Positions 39,161 through 48,598 of a stretch of 63,445 bases of DNA are shown one piece after another. Source of the stretch: Pseudomonadota bacterium. GTDB lineage: Bacteria; Pseudomonadota; Alphaproteobacteria; Caulobacterales; Caulobacteraceae. How positions within the stretch are numbered: the first letter of the stretch is position 1; each line of letters starts with the position of its first letter. The stretch covers positions 1 through 63,445 of the forward strand of contig JAEYUE010000123.1 of assembly GCA_023433655.1 (NCBI GenBank). Reading direction: 5' to 3'. Position numbers and translations under genes: made by a program. The notes below the pieces were generated by a model. That model saw only the letters and a list, made by a program, of their open reading frames with translations. It made no database searches and was not told the origin of the DNA.

Positions 39161-40344
39161 TTGATTACCGGACACTTTAAGAAATGACGATCGTCCAATC
39201 GGGTACACTCAAGTTCATCCTACCAGGGAAGAACGGAGTGAAGCGATGGACAATCGTCGTGTGTATCGTACCATTAGAATGGCGCTGAAACAACTGTTTC
39301 CCACTGAACCAAAAGGCAATTTTGCCCGCCGACTGACGACCTTGGCGGGGCTGGTGGCGGGGATTGTGCAAGCACGCAGTTGTCAACTGCCTGCGATTGC
39401 TCGGAAAACGCCTGATCCAACCAAATCCGACAGTCGGATCAAACGCTACAGCCGGTGGGTGCAGCATGAGCAGGTGGAGCAGGAAGCCTTTTACCTGCCG
39501 TTTGTGAGCGAGCTGTTGGCGCATCTGGCAGCCATCCGCGAACTGGTTTTTGTGATCGACGGGAGTGAGGTGGGACACGACTGCATCACCTTGATGATCA
39601 GCCTGATCTATGCCAAACGCGCCTTGCCTATCACCTGGTTGGTGGTCAAAGGTCGCAAAGGGCATCTTTCTGAGCAGGTGCATCTGAAGTTGCTCAACCA
39701 GCTTCATGCCATTTTGCCGGAAGGGGCCCGGATGGTCTTCCTGGGCGATGGCGAATTCGATGGCATCGCACTGCAAGCGGCGCTGCAACGCAAGGGTTGG
39801 CGCTACGTGTGCCGCACCGCCAAAAATGCCAAACTGTTTGAAGCAGGCCATCTGTTTTCGTTTCAGGATCTGTGCCTCCAAATCGATGACTTCATCAGTA
39901 TCCCGCAGGTTTGGTTTACGCAGGAAGGCTATGGACCCGTGACGGTGATTGCCACCTGGGAGCGTGGGTACGCCCACCCGTTGTACCTGGTCACCAACTT
40001 TGATCTGCCCCATGAAGCCTTGTACTGGTACAAAAAACGCTTCCAAATCGAAACCTTTTTCTCCGACCAGAAAAGTCGCGGCTTTTTCCTGCACAAAAGC
40101 CATCTATCCGATCCAACCCGCTTGAGCAACTTGATGATCGCCGCCTGCCTGGCCTATCTCTGGATCGTGTACTTGGGCTGCATTGCCGTTCGCGACCATT
40201 GGATCCCCATTATCCATCGCTCCGACCGCTGTGACTGGAGCTTGTTCCGCCTCGGTTTGGCGCTCCTGGATCACTTTCTCGACCAACTCTTGCCGCTTCC
40301 TGTCTCCTTCAACTTGTTGGAGAAAAATTGTGTCCGGTAATCAA
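39161..40344 (+). mobile_element. IS4-family insertion sequence, intact
   Basis: Perfect 15-bp IRs TTGATTACCGGACAC; 8-bp target duplication TGGTAGGT (39153-39160, 40345-40352). Confidence 0.92.
39246..40340 (+). CDS. IS4-family DDE transposase
   Basis: VIDGS, LGDGEF, YKKRFQIETFFSDQK (YREK-like). Confidence 0.9.
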   Translation: MDNRRVYRTIRMALKQLFPTEPKGNFARRLTTLAGLVAGIVQARSCQLPAIARKTPDPTKSDSRIKRYSRWVQHEQVEQEAFYLPFVSELLAHLAAIRELVFVIDGSEVGHDCITLMISLIYAKRALPITWLVVKGRKGHLSEQVHLKLLNQLHAILPEGARMVFLGDGEFDGIALQAALQRKGWRYVCRTAKNAKLFEAGHLFSFQDLCLQIDDFISIPQVWFTQEGYGPVTVIATWERGYAHPLYLVTNFDLPHEALYWYKKRFQIETFFSDQKSRGFFLHKSHLSDPTRLSNLMIAACLAYLWIVYLGCIAVRDHWIPIIHRSDRCDWSLFRLGLALLDHFLDQLLPLPVSFNLLEKNCVR

Positions 40345-40409
40345 TGGTAGGTTAGGAAGCGAAACACCCAGAAAACTTGTTCATCGAAGGAAAAACTTCT
40401 GTAGAGTGA

Positions 40410-40457
40410 AATTTACTTGCAGATGGGGCAATGATTGATATGAATCGTTGCTCCCGC
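40410..40457 (+). repeat. att-like site 2 (variant hairpin)
   Basis: AATTTACTTGCAGATGGGGC identical to 43484-43503; hairpin GGGGCAATGATT-GATATG-AATCGTTGCTCC. Confidence 0.6.
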
Positions 40458-40586
40458 GATCTACAATAATACAGAATTTTATCCTACAAGCCCTGAATTA
40501 TGAGCAACAGATCAACTCACGCGTATAGTTTGTTACCAAAACATATATCCTGATATCGTACATTTATGAATACCGTTGGTGTTTTC

Positions 40587-42311
40587 TTATAATTTTCGCA
40601 ATTCCGCCTGCAATGCTGGCCGGCGTGAATACGTGCTCTTTAATTCATCCAGGTAGGCCAGCCATTCTGCTTTTCGATCAATAGATATATAAGCCTGCTT
40701 CATCTTTGATAACCAACGACCAGCAATTGCGTAATACTTGCTTTGAGTTTTGTCAATTAAGGATTGCGCCTGTTTCTGGCAAGCCTGAATGACCCAATTC
40801 TGTCGGAAGGAAATCACCCCATCCACAACTTTCTCGATCAGGTTATACTGCCAGTCCCCGATGCGGTTGGCGACAGCAATGGCAGCATCCCATTCTTCTT
40901 CACTGAGATAGATATCTACGAGCGTATCCGCGAAACGATCCCCTTCAAACACACGCATCAATGTAGGCTTCATGATCTCCCAATCACTTTCGCTCAGCGT
41001 TTTAAGCGTTTGATAATGAACTAACGACGGCATGCTTTCGAACGCTGCCTGATAAGCTTTAAGTGCTTGTGCTCGCCTTCCTTGGGTTTCCTCGATCGGT
41101 CCTAGCCAAGAGCCCAGGCTGTGTTTACTTCCATCCAACACCAGCCCCTTTTCAGCCAGGCGCAGAGCATCCTCTAGGTGGCCGGTATCTCGCAGTTTTT
41201 TGGAAACCAACAACGCTTCCTCCGCCTGGGTCAGGTTTTTCCAGGCAATCGACACAGCTAGATCGTAGGCTCCCACTTCGATCTGCTTGAGTATGTAACG
41301 CAAATATTGGCCGGTTTCCAGGCACAGCTGAAGGAATTCCTCTAAACGACCTTGACGTTCCAGCACGTTCAATTCTGCTTCCGCCAGAATAGTATCACCA
41401 TGAACGAAAACTTCCGGGTGAATACCTTGGTCAACCGACCAGCCTCCTTCCAAAACCGTCATAATAACATCCAAGTCTTCAATACCGTAATTTGATAATT
41501 CGTTGACGATCGATTCCAACTCCTTTGTCAATCGGTTTCTTTCGGGTTTGCTCAGATCCGCGCTCAAGATCGCTTCAACAATGGGAAGAGCGAGTTCTTC
41601 AAGAAAATTGCCCAATTCGCCGTCCGAATCATCGAATTCTTCGTAGCTTCGGCTGACTTCTGTAAACAGAGCAGTCAAGATTACCAAAGCGCCATCAGCA
41701 TCGCCAGCATCTAAAAATGCATTGGCGGTATCACGAACATGCTGGAGCTGGCTAACCATTCCGCCCATCATCCAGTAGGCTTCGGAGCGGCGGTATCCAT
41801 TCAAGCTGTGCAAAATACTCTGGATTTGCCTGCGGTATTCTGTTTTGGAGACCTGTGTTTTTCTTTTGTCCCGAAATTGCGCTGGTTTGCCCTGCTTAGA
41901 AAGTTTTTGAGCCTTATTCAGCACCCAGAAATATAATTCAGGGTTCTCAGTTACCAGTTCATCAATCAGATGCACCAAAGTTTGCTTATCAAAGTCTGCG
42001 AGCAGATCATCAATCCGCTTCTGTTCGTTAAAAGCATCTGGATTATGGAGATAAGTGAGCACTAGGGCAATGATATGTTTGCATGCGCCGCCCCAATCAT
42101 AGGAACAAGTACAGGATGACTCTTGAATCCCGCCTTCGTCGATCTTCACGCGCACCTGATAAAAAGGCGCGCTGCTGCCCTCACATTTTCCGGTGATAAC
42201 CTTTTCATTGCGAAATGTATCATAAACAGCACTCGCCTGGAAAAGCTTGGATCCTCGGGCGTAACTTTCGGGTGAAGAAATCGACTTCAAGACAGCATCT
42301 GTAATATTCAC
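40587..42311 (-). CDS. SWIM zinc-finger protein
   Basis: SYARG, CTCSYDWGGACKHIIA, helical C-terminus ending RRPALQAEL. Confidence 0.88.
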   Translation of the reverse strand: MNITDAVLKSISSPESYARGSKLFQASAVYDTFRNEKVITGKCEGSSAPFYQVRVKIDEGGIQESSCTCSYDWGGACKHIIALVLTYLHNPDAFNEQKRIDDLLADFDKQTLVHLIDELVTENPELYFWVLNKAQKLSKQGKPAQFRDKRKTQVSKTEYRRQIQSILHSLNGYRRSEAYWMMGGMVSQLQHVRDTANAFLDAGDADGALVILTALFTEVSRSYEEFDDSDGELGNFLEELALPIVEAILSADLSKPERNRLTKELESIVNELSNYGIEDLDVIMTVLEGGWSVDQGIHPEVFVHGDTILAEAELNVLERQGRLEEFLQLCLETGQYLRYILKQIEVGAYDLAVSIAWKNLTQAEEALLVSKKLRDTGHLEDALRLAEKGLVLDGSKHSLGSWLGPIEETQGRRAQALKAYQAAFESMPSLVHYQTLKTLSESDWEIMKPTLMRVFEGDRFADTLVDIYLSEEEWDAAIAVANRIGDWQYNLIEKVVDGVISFRQNWVIQACQKQAQSLIDKTQSKYYAIAGRWLSKMKQAYISIDRKAEWLAYLDELKSTYSRRPALQAELRKL

Positions 42312-42483
42312 TGGCTATTCCTTTACATTGAGGTAATGGGTTGAAAGGGTAGCAACGGAAATTTGTATTGATCATCTAATAAGACTTCAATCCATTTATC
42401 AAAATGGATTGTAACACTCGTCCGTGTTATGTCCATCGTTTGTCCTCTCCGAAAAAAAGCGGGGAATTTGTCTCTCATTCGTT

Positions 42484-42513
42484 GTTTCCATTTTGGAAAC
42501 TCGATGATATAAT
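42484..42513 (+). promoter_or_regulatory. higBA promoter/operator, probably leaderless transcript
   Basis: Palindrome GTTTCCA-TTT-TGGAAAC; extended -10 TGATATAAT ending 6 nt before the ATG. Confidence 0.7.
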
Positions 42514-42519
42514 AGGATT

Positions 42520-42813
42520 ATGCGAGTCATCTCCGAAAAAGCCCTGCGCGAGTTCTGGAAAGTGCACCCAGATTCTGAGCAGGCTTTACGCACCTGGCTC
42601 GCTCTGGCCAACCGGGCCACCTGGCGCACGCCGGAGGATATCAAACGTGATTTCGCCTCGGCCAGTTTTTTGGCGAATAACCGGGTGGTGTTCAATATCC
42701 GTGGGAACAACTACCGCTTGGTGGTTTTAGTACTCTATCGACCGGGATACCTGTACATTCGGTTTATTGGCACGCATGCAGCGTATGATCGGATTGATGC
42801 GGAGACCGTGTAG
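42520..42813 (+). CDS. higB: HigB (RelE-like) mRNA interferase toxin
   Basis: MRVIS..LREFW, VVFNIRGNNYRL, FIGTHAAYD. Confidence 0.93.
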   Translation: MRVISEKALREFWKVHPDSEQALRTWLALANRATWRTPEDIKRDFASASFLANNRVVFNIRGNNYRLVVLVLYRPGYLYIRFIGTHAAYDRIDAETV

Positions 42814-42822
42814 GAGGTTATA

Positions 42823-43242
42823 ATGGCAGACATCCATCCTATTCGAGATAAGGCTGATTACGAACGGGCGCTCGCTGAAATCGACGCAATCATTCAGCAG
42901 AATCCAGACGGGAATACGCCGGATGCAGAACGGCTCGAACTGCTGTCACTGCTTGTTAGTGATTATGAATCGAAGCACAATCCCATTCAGCCACCCGATG
43001 ACCCGGTGGAAGTCATCCAGTTCTATATGGATCAGAAAGGGCTGAACCGCAAAGACATGGAGCAATACCTGGGGAATAAAGCCCGCGTTTCTGATATCCT
43101 GAATCGCCGGCGCTCACTTTCGCTTCCCATGATTCGAAGATTAAGTCATGGCCTGGGTATTCCTGCGGATTTACTGATTTCTCCAACCGTTCACAGCCAT
43201 CGCCAGGAAAAGGGTGGTGCTCGTGTTTACCCAATTCCATGA
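42823..43242 (+). CDS. higA: HigA HTH antitoxin
   Basis: DYERAL..I, DPVEVIQFYMDQKGL, RVSDILNRRR; downstream of toxin, GGAGG RBS. Confidence 0.92.
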   Translation: MADIHPIRDKADYERALAEIDAIIQQNPDGNTPDAERLELLSLLVSDYESKHNPIQPPDDPVEVIQFYMDQKGLNRKDMEQYLGNKARVSDILNRRRSLSLPMIRRLSHGLGIPADLLISPTVHSHRQEKGGARVYPIP

Positions 43243-43349
43243 GGGACAAGCAGACGAAATCAGAACCAGGCAGATTAACAACCCCAATCACCCTATCGAT
43301 ACCAGCGATTAAAATAGGCATTTATACCTAACAAATTCGTAAGTCTTTC

Positions 43350-43378
43350 TTGCTGTTTTACACAACCCGATGTAAAAT
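43350..43378 (+). promoter_or_regulatory. Sigma70-type promoter facing att-like site 3
   Basis: TTGCTG-N17-TAAAAT. Confidence 0.5.
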
Positions 43379-43483
43379 GACCCCAACAGGCAAGAAAAGC
43401 CCTTTAAAAAGCAAAATTCGCGCCCAAAAGCGCATTTCGACAGTCTTTCAAGTCTCTATCTAAGCAGAAAGTCTGTCCCCCGG

Positions 43484-43563
43484 AATTTACTTGCAGATGG
43501 GGCGATGCCCGTCGCTCCCGCTCGACACAAAAATCTGCTCAAAAGTGAGCAGATTTTTTGTTT
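43484..43563 (+). repeat. att-like site 3 plus intrinsic terminator
   Basis: GATGGGGCGATGCCCGTCGCTCCCGCT then AAAAATCTGCTCA-AAAG-TGAGCAGATTTTT and a T-run. Confidence 0.7.
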
Positions 43564-43947
43564 AAAGCCTCCTAAGCAACATTATATTGGGGAAAATATT
43601 ACTAAAACCCGCTATTTTTCTTGACAACTAATTCACAAACGACATAGCGGATTTTACCAACACAATAATAATCGATCCCGCGATTTTATAGTGTTGGTGA
43701 AGAATCAGATTAAAAGCTCTCACTCGGCCATGAACCGCTAGGGCAGCCTCCGCCCCTGCATAGCGCTGCGGCACAACCAGGTGTATAAGATGGTGACCTC
43801 ACGCGCGTCTGCAATTTTTCCATTGGTCGCTATAACAAGAGGCATCCCCCTTCAACTGTGGAGCTACCAATAAATTGGGGATCGTTTACATGGTTGCAAT
43901 AATGGCAGGTTTTTTGTAAAGGTATATTCCTTCCAATACTTAAACAA

Positions 43948-43994
43948 AAATTGGCGTATTCGCCAGTATACCAAACTGGCACATACGCCAATTT
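43948..43994. promoter_or_regulatory. Double palindromic operator upstream of the SBBP/RHS operon
   Basis: AAATTGGCGTATTCGCCAGT-ATACCAA-ACTGGCACATACGCCAATTT; two TGGC-N6-GCCA units. Confidence 0.6.
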
Positions 43995-44233
43995 CGGAAA
44001 ATAAATCAGGGTGTTATTCTAAAACTTAGAACACAACTATGTATTTCGGAAATATCCGCGACAAGCTAAATCCAAAAGATGCATCTTTGGCCAGATATTC
44101 CCCCTGTGCGCCCCAGATTACAAAGTTTGAAAAAATTTCTACCCAAAAGAGTTTTTCATTAATTGTAAGTACTTGGACTTACTTATAAAGCTCGTACCTC
44201 AGGCCATGATTTTGATCTCAAGGGAGCTCATAG

Positions 44234-47200
44234 ATGAAACATCTCCTTCCTATATTAGCTATCTTCATTCTCCTTTTTCAAAGTATCCTCACATTGGACG
44301 GGGGATATTTATCAACGAAAGTACAACAGGCCATCATTGACTCTAAGTTCGCCCCGTTTCTTGAGTACCCAAAGCAGGAAACTTCAGAAGAGCCAAATTT
44401 CGGACATCTTCCTGTTGCCTTTGTTCCAAATCGAGGTCAGGTTCAGGACAGCAGTGTAAGTTTTCAAGTCACGCACCTTACTGGTTCCACGTTCTTCAAA
44501 CCAGGTGAGTTCGAACTCATCGTACCAAACCAATCTGAACCAGAGATAGCTTCCTTTGACAATACTAAGGCAACGAAACAGAAGAAGGAACCATCGCGGT
44601 TACTTGTCCAGTACAAAAACTACAACAACAAGGCACTAGTACGTGGCATCAATCCACTACCGGGGAAAGCGAATTATTTTTATGGAAATGATTCCTCTCA
44701 ATGGTTCACAGATGTGGAGACATATCAGGGTATCCTTTATGAGGATCTATATCCAAACATAGATCTAGTAATTGGGGGAGGCGCAGGTTACATAAAGAGC
44801 TCCTTGATCATTGCTCCTGGTGCAGATCCCTCTCTAATTAACTGGAAGTACCGGGGGGCCCAAGACATAATCATAGATCAGCAGGGGAATTTACAAATAA
44901 CAGCTAAGTCTAAAGGTGATCCACAGTATTTTTTTGAAACTGCACCAATCGCATGGCAAACTGTCCACGGCGAGAACCTGTCGGTTCAGGTGGCTTACCA
45001 AATTGAAAATAACCAGCACATTTCATTTATTTTTCCCGAGGGCTACGATACAACGAAAGAGCTCATTATCGATCCCACATTAAAATGGGGTGCTTCTACG
45101 AAGAACATACCAGTAACTACTGAGGCGACATTAGAATGGGGCACTTACATAGGAAATAACGGCACGGATCAAGGCTTTGGGATTGATCATGACTCGGCCG
45201 GAAATGTTCTCGTAACCGGATATTCCTATTGCTGGTACTACCCACTTGTTGATCCGATCCAGGAACAAACAGGTGAGGAAGAAATTATCATTTCGAAGCT
45301 AGATCCCACTGGCTCTTATTTACTTTACAGCACTTGCCTGGGCGGTACCGGAACTGATAAAGCCAACAGCATTGCTTTAGATCAGCAGGATAACATAATC
45401 TTAGTTGGCGAAACCGATTCTTCAGACTTTCCTATCGTTTCTGGGATTTCCGCTTACGCTGGGGGGAACAAAGACGCCTTTGTGGTAAAGATCAATAGTA
45501 CTGGGAATGCGGTAACGTATAGCAGTTATATGGGCGGCAGCAACGAAGAAAGGGCGGCAAGTGTTGCTGTTGACCTTAATGGTTTCATCTACCTGGTAGG
45601 GGAAACAGGATCCAGTAACTTTCCAACGACAACAAATGCTTACGATCGAGTGTTTGGAGGCGGTACATGCGATGGAATCAAATGCAAAGATATCTTTGTT
45701 GCTAAATTTGACTCGTCATTATCTGATCTCAATTCGATTTTATACAGCACATACATTGGAGGCGCGAATAGAGTAGACAAAGGATATGATTTAGCACTTG
45801 ATCCAAACAACAATGTGTATATCACTGGATATACATTTACTCTTTCCGGTTTTCCTTTAGTAAACGCAGTTCAAGGATCAAATAACGGTGGCTCCGATGC
45901 TTTTATCATCAAAATGGATCTGAATCAAAGTGGTAACAACTCCATTCTGTTCAGCACATACTTTGGAGGAAGCAGCAACGATCGCGGGTATGGAATAGCG
46001 GTTGATGGATCCGGTAATGCATATCTAACCGGTTATACAGAATCATCGAACTTCCCAACAATGAATCCTTACCAAGCAGAACAGGGAGGTGGATGCAGTT
46101 CCGAATGTAGTGATGCTTACATTGCAAAGCTGAATACAACGACGAGTCAAATTGTCTACAGTTCATACCTCGGTGGGGCCGGTATCGATGAGGCCAATGA
46201 TGTGGTTGTTGACAGTAACGGAAGAGCCTATATAGCTGGCTTTACCAAATCGAGTAATTTTCCTGTGGTCAATCCTCTCTTCAGCCGCAGTATTGATGGG
46301 TGCAGTTCAGCGCCCTGTGCCGATGCCTTTATCACTGTCTTTGACCAAACTGGGGCATCGCTCGTGTTCAGCACGTATCTTGGTGGTAAAGGAGAAGATG
46401 TAGCCAAAGGGTTGGTCTTGGAGCCAGGAGGGAACCTTTTTGTTACAGGGTATTCTTTTTCAGACGATTTCCCAGTCTCGAGTGGTGCATATAACACAAC
46501 TAATCCAGAAAACAATCTAAAGTCGGATGTTTTTGTTGCAAAAATCAACTCAATTATCCCTACACCAACTCCAACGGTCACATCTTCATTTACAGACACA
46601 CCTGTTCCGCCTACGCCAACAAATACAGCAACAACAACGGAAACGCCAATTCAACCAACATTAACCTTTACAATCACGCCAACAGCTACTAATACACCTA
46701 CACCAACACCAACACAAGAACCTCTACTCGCTTGGACCGCTGAAAGCAACATAGAATTCGCGAATTTTGGGTGGTCTGTGAGTACGGCCGGCGACATCAA
46801 TGGGGATAGCTATGATGATGTTGTAATTGGCGCGCCTCACTATTCCAATGGTCAGACTAATGAAGGGGCAATCTATCTTTACTATGGATCAGAAGACGGG
46901 TTAGGCACAACCCCAGTAATCATTGAAAGTAATGAACCAGAATCTCTCTTTGGTTGGTCGGTCAGTACAGCTGGCGATGTGAACGGAGATGGATTTGACG
47001 ATTTGATAATTGGAGCGATTGGCTGTACCAGTCCAGAACAATGTGAGGGACGTGCTTACGTATTCTATGGAACTTCCGACGGGCTGAGTGCGACACCTGG
47101 CTGGTCAACGATGGGCGGCAAGGCACACTCCGCCTATGGATATACGGTGGGAAGTGCTGATAGTTACATTAAGTTGATCCACTTACGCTCTCGGATGTAT

Positions 47201-48136
47201 TCCCCCATCACCGGCCGTTTCCTCACCAGAGATACCTGGCAAGGCGATTATACCAGACCATTATCACTCAATAAATGGAATTATGTAAGCGGAAATCCTA
47301 TCAACCGGGTTGACCCTCTTGGATTATGGGAACTTGCCCCAGGTTTCAACTTATCTGAAGGTGGAATTTACGGGAAAGGCATTCTTGAGATGCAAGGATC
47401 TCCAATTCCATGCAAAGGAACTTGTATCGGCCCTGCTTCAACAGATATCTCGATCTTTGTACCTCCTGTTGTAAATGGAATGTTATACAACGATCAACAT
47501 TATGGAAGATATGGGTATACAGATGTCCGAATGATCAAGAAGTTGATAGAGTATGATGTAATTGAAAGGAATAACCTAACATCTTGCTACTTAGATGAAT
47601 TCATTATTCCTAAAAACACAAATGACTGGAAAGAAGTGTATCAGAAGATTGGTAAAAGTAATGCCTTTAGTCAGGGTGCCTTAGTAGACATAACAGTATC
47701 TATTGGAGTTGGAATGGGTTATGACTCAGGATATTCGCCAGTTGATATGACCTATAATTTGTTAGCTTACTACTCGAACAACGCTTCAATTGCTGCCCAG
47801 CTATTTGTAGCACAATCTAAGATGGAAAGAGAGAGATTGCAAATGGTAGAAATTTTTGATAACAATGAAAAAGCCGGCAGAGCCGAAGCAGGAGTGGGTG
47901 GTGTTGTTTTTGTGGCACAAGCATGGCAAGGTGTACAAACATTTAATAGTAGAGCTTTTGTAATAACTATAGAACAGCATCGACTTGTACCATCCTTATA
48001 CCGGGGTAGAATCGAGACAACGGCTGGTTTTTACGAAGTGAAATCTCATCGCCTATTAATTTCATCCTACTTCTTAAGCTTTGAGGGAGGAACATGGCGG
48101 GAGCAATTATTTAACCTGGCCGCGTCTAATCCGTAA
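44234..48136 (+). CDS. Chimeric ORF: secreted SBBP + FG-GAP protein (first 975 aa) fused in frame to element-borne RHS core and toxin tip (325 aa)
   Basis: Signal/TM, FVPNRGQ, SBBP repeats, TP linker, AGDINGD/AGDVNGD repeats; abrupt switch at ...VGSA|DSYIKLIHLRSRMY...RFLTRD...NPINRVDPLG. Confidence 0.88.
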   Translation: MKHLLPILAIFILLFQSILTLDGGYLSTKVQQAIIDSKFAPFLEYPKQETSEEPNFGHLPVAFVPNRGQVQDSSVSFQVTHLTGSTFFKPGEFELIVPNQSEPEIASFDNTKATKQKKEPSRLLVQYKNYNNKALVRGINPLPGKANYFYGNDSSQWFTDVETYQGILYEDLYPNIDLVIGGGAGYIKSSLIIAPGADPSLINWKYRGAQDIIIDQQGNLQITAKSKGDPQYFFETAPIAWQTVHGENLSVQVAYQIENNQHISFIFPEGYDTTKELIIDPTLKWGASTKNIPVTTEATLEWGTYIGNNGTDQGFGIDHDSAGNVLVTGYSYCWYYPLVDPIQEQTGEEEIIISKLDPTGSYLLYSTCLGGTGTDKANSIALDQQDNIILVGETDSSDFPIVSGISAYAGGNKDAFVVKINSTGNAVTYSSYMGGSNEERAASVAVDLNGFIYLVGETGSSNFPTTTNAYDRVFGGGTCDGIKCKDIFVAKFDSSLSDLNSILYSTYIGGANRVDKGYDLALDPNNNVYITGYTFTLSGFPLVNAVQGSNNGGSDAFIIKMDLNQSGNNSILFSTYFGGSSNDRGYGIAVDGSGNAYLTGYTESSNFPTMNPYQAEQGGGCSSECSDAYIAKLNTTTSQIVYSSYLGGAGIDEANDVVVDSNGRAYIAGFTKSSNFPVVNPLFSRSIDGCSSAPCADAFITVFDQTGASLVFSTYLGGKGEDVAKGLVLEPGGNLFVTGYSFSDDFPVSSGAYNTTNPENNLKSDVFVAKINSIIPTPTPTVTSSFTDTPVPPTPTNTATTTETPIQPTLTFTITPTATNTPTPTPTQEPLLAWTAESNIEFANFGWSVSTAGDINGDSYDDVVIGAPHYSNGQTNEGAIYLYYGSEDGLGTTPVIIESNEPESLFGWSVSTAGDVNGDGFDDLIIGAIGCTSPEQCEGRAYVFYGTSDGLSATPGWSTMGGKAHSAYGYTVGSADSYIKLIHLRSRMYSPITGRFLTRDTWQGDYTRPLSLNKWNYVSGNPINRVDPLGLWELAPGFNLSEGGIYGKGILEMQGSPIPCKGTCIGPASTDISIFVPPVVNGMLYNDQHYGRYGYTDVRMIKKLIEYDVIERNNLTSCYLDEFIIPKNTNDWKEVYQKIGKSNAFSQGALVDITVSIGVGMGYDSGYSPVDMTYNLLAYYSNNASIAAQLFVAQSKMERERLQMVEIFDNNEKAGRAEAGVGGVVFVAQAWQGVQTFNSRAFVITIEQHRLVPSLYRGRIETTAGFYEVKSHRLLISSYFLSFEGGTWREQLFNLAASNP

Positions 48137-48168
48137 GATATGACTTGAGTTGAGAGGAGTTGTAATTC

Positions 48169-48435
48169 ATGCCCACTCAGTTTCAGCAAATCTTGGATCA
48201 GATAGGTTTTGAGTTATTTTGTTTATGTATTCCAGGTCTTTTATTAGCTTTGGGAGGCATTCGAAACATTGTTCGGAGGAGTGCTATATCTGTTAGCAGG
48301 GATGGCCACTTTCGTTGGAAAAAGCCAGTATATTTAACAGGGAAAGACGCTGTTGAAGCAGGAGGCTGTACAGCATTATTAGGTATTGGATTGCTTTTGT
48401 TAGGGATTATTGCTATTATCGGAGATCTGCAATAG
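48169..48435 (+). CDS. Small two-TM protein, candidate immunity protein
   Basis: GAGGAG RBS; directly after the toxin tip; two hydrophobic helices; AT-rich. Confidence 0.7.
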   Translation: MPTQFQQILDQIGFELFCLCIPGLLLALGGIRNIVRRSAISVSRDGHFRWKKPVYLTGKDAVEAGGCTALLGIGLLLLGIIAIIGDLQ

Positions 48436-48598
48436 GTAATAGATCCTGTCCATATATTGAGTTAGAAGGCAATTTGTGACATAGTCAGACAAATAAATGA
48501 AAAGACGAGATGAACTGGAAAACCAGTTCCTCCCGCCTTTTCCATAGGCAACCTTAATTATACAACCCTGTTGGCTATAGGGATGCCCACAATTGTAC

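Noticed and set aside
39064..43522. att-like hairpins as integron attC sites or intact tRNA genes
   Set aside because: No RYYYAAC/GTTRRRY boxes, no IntI-type gene, and no D- or anticodon arm; only a 13-bp tRNA-like 3' piece.
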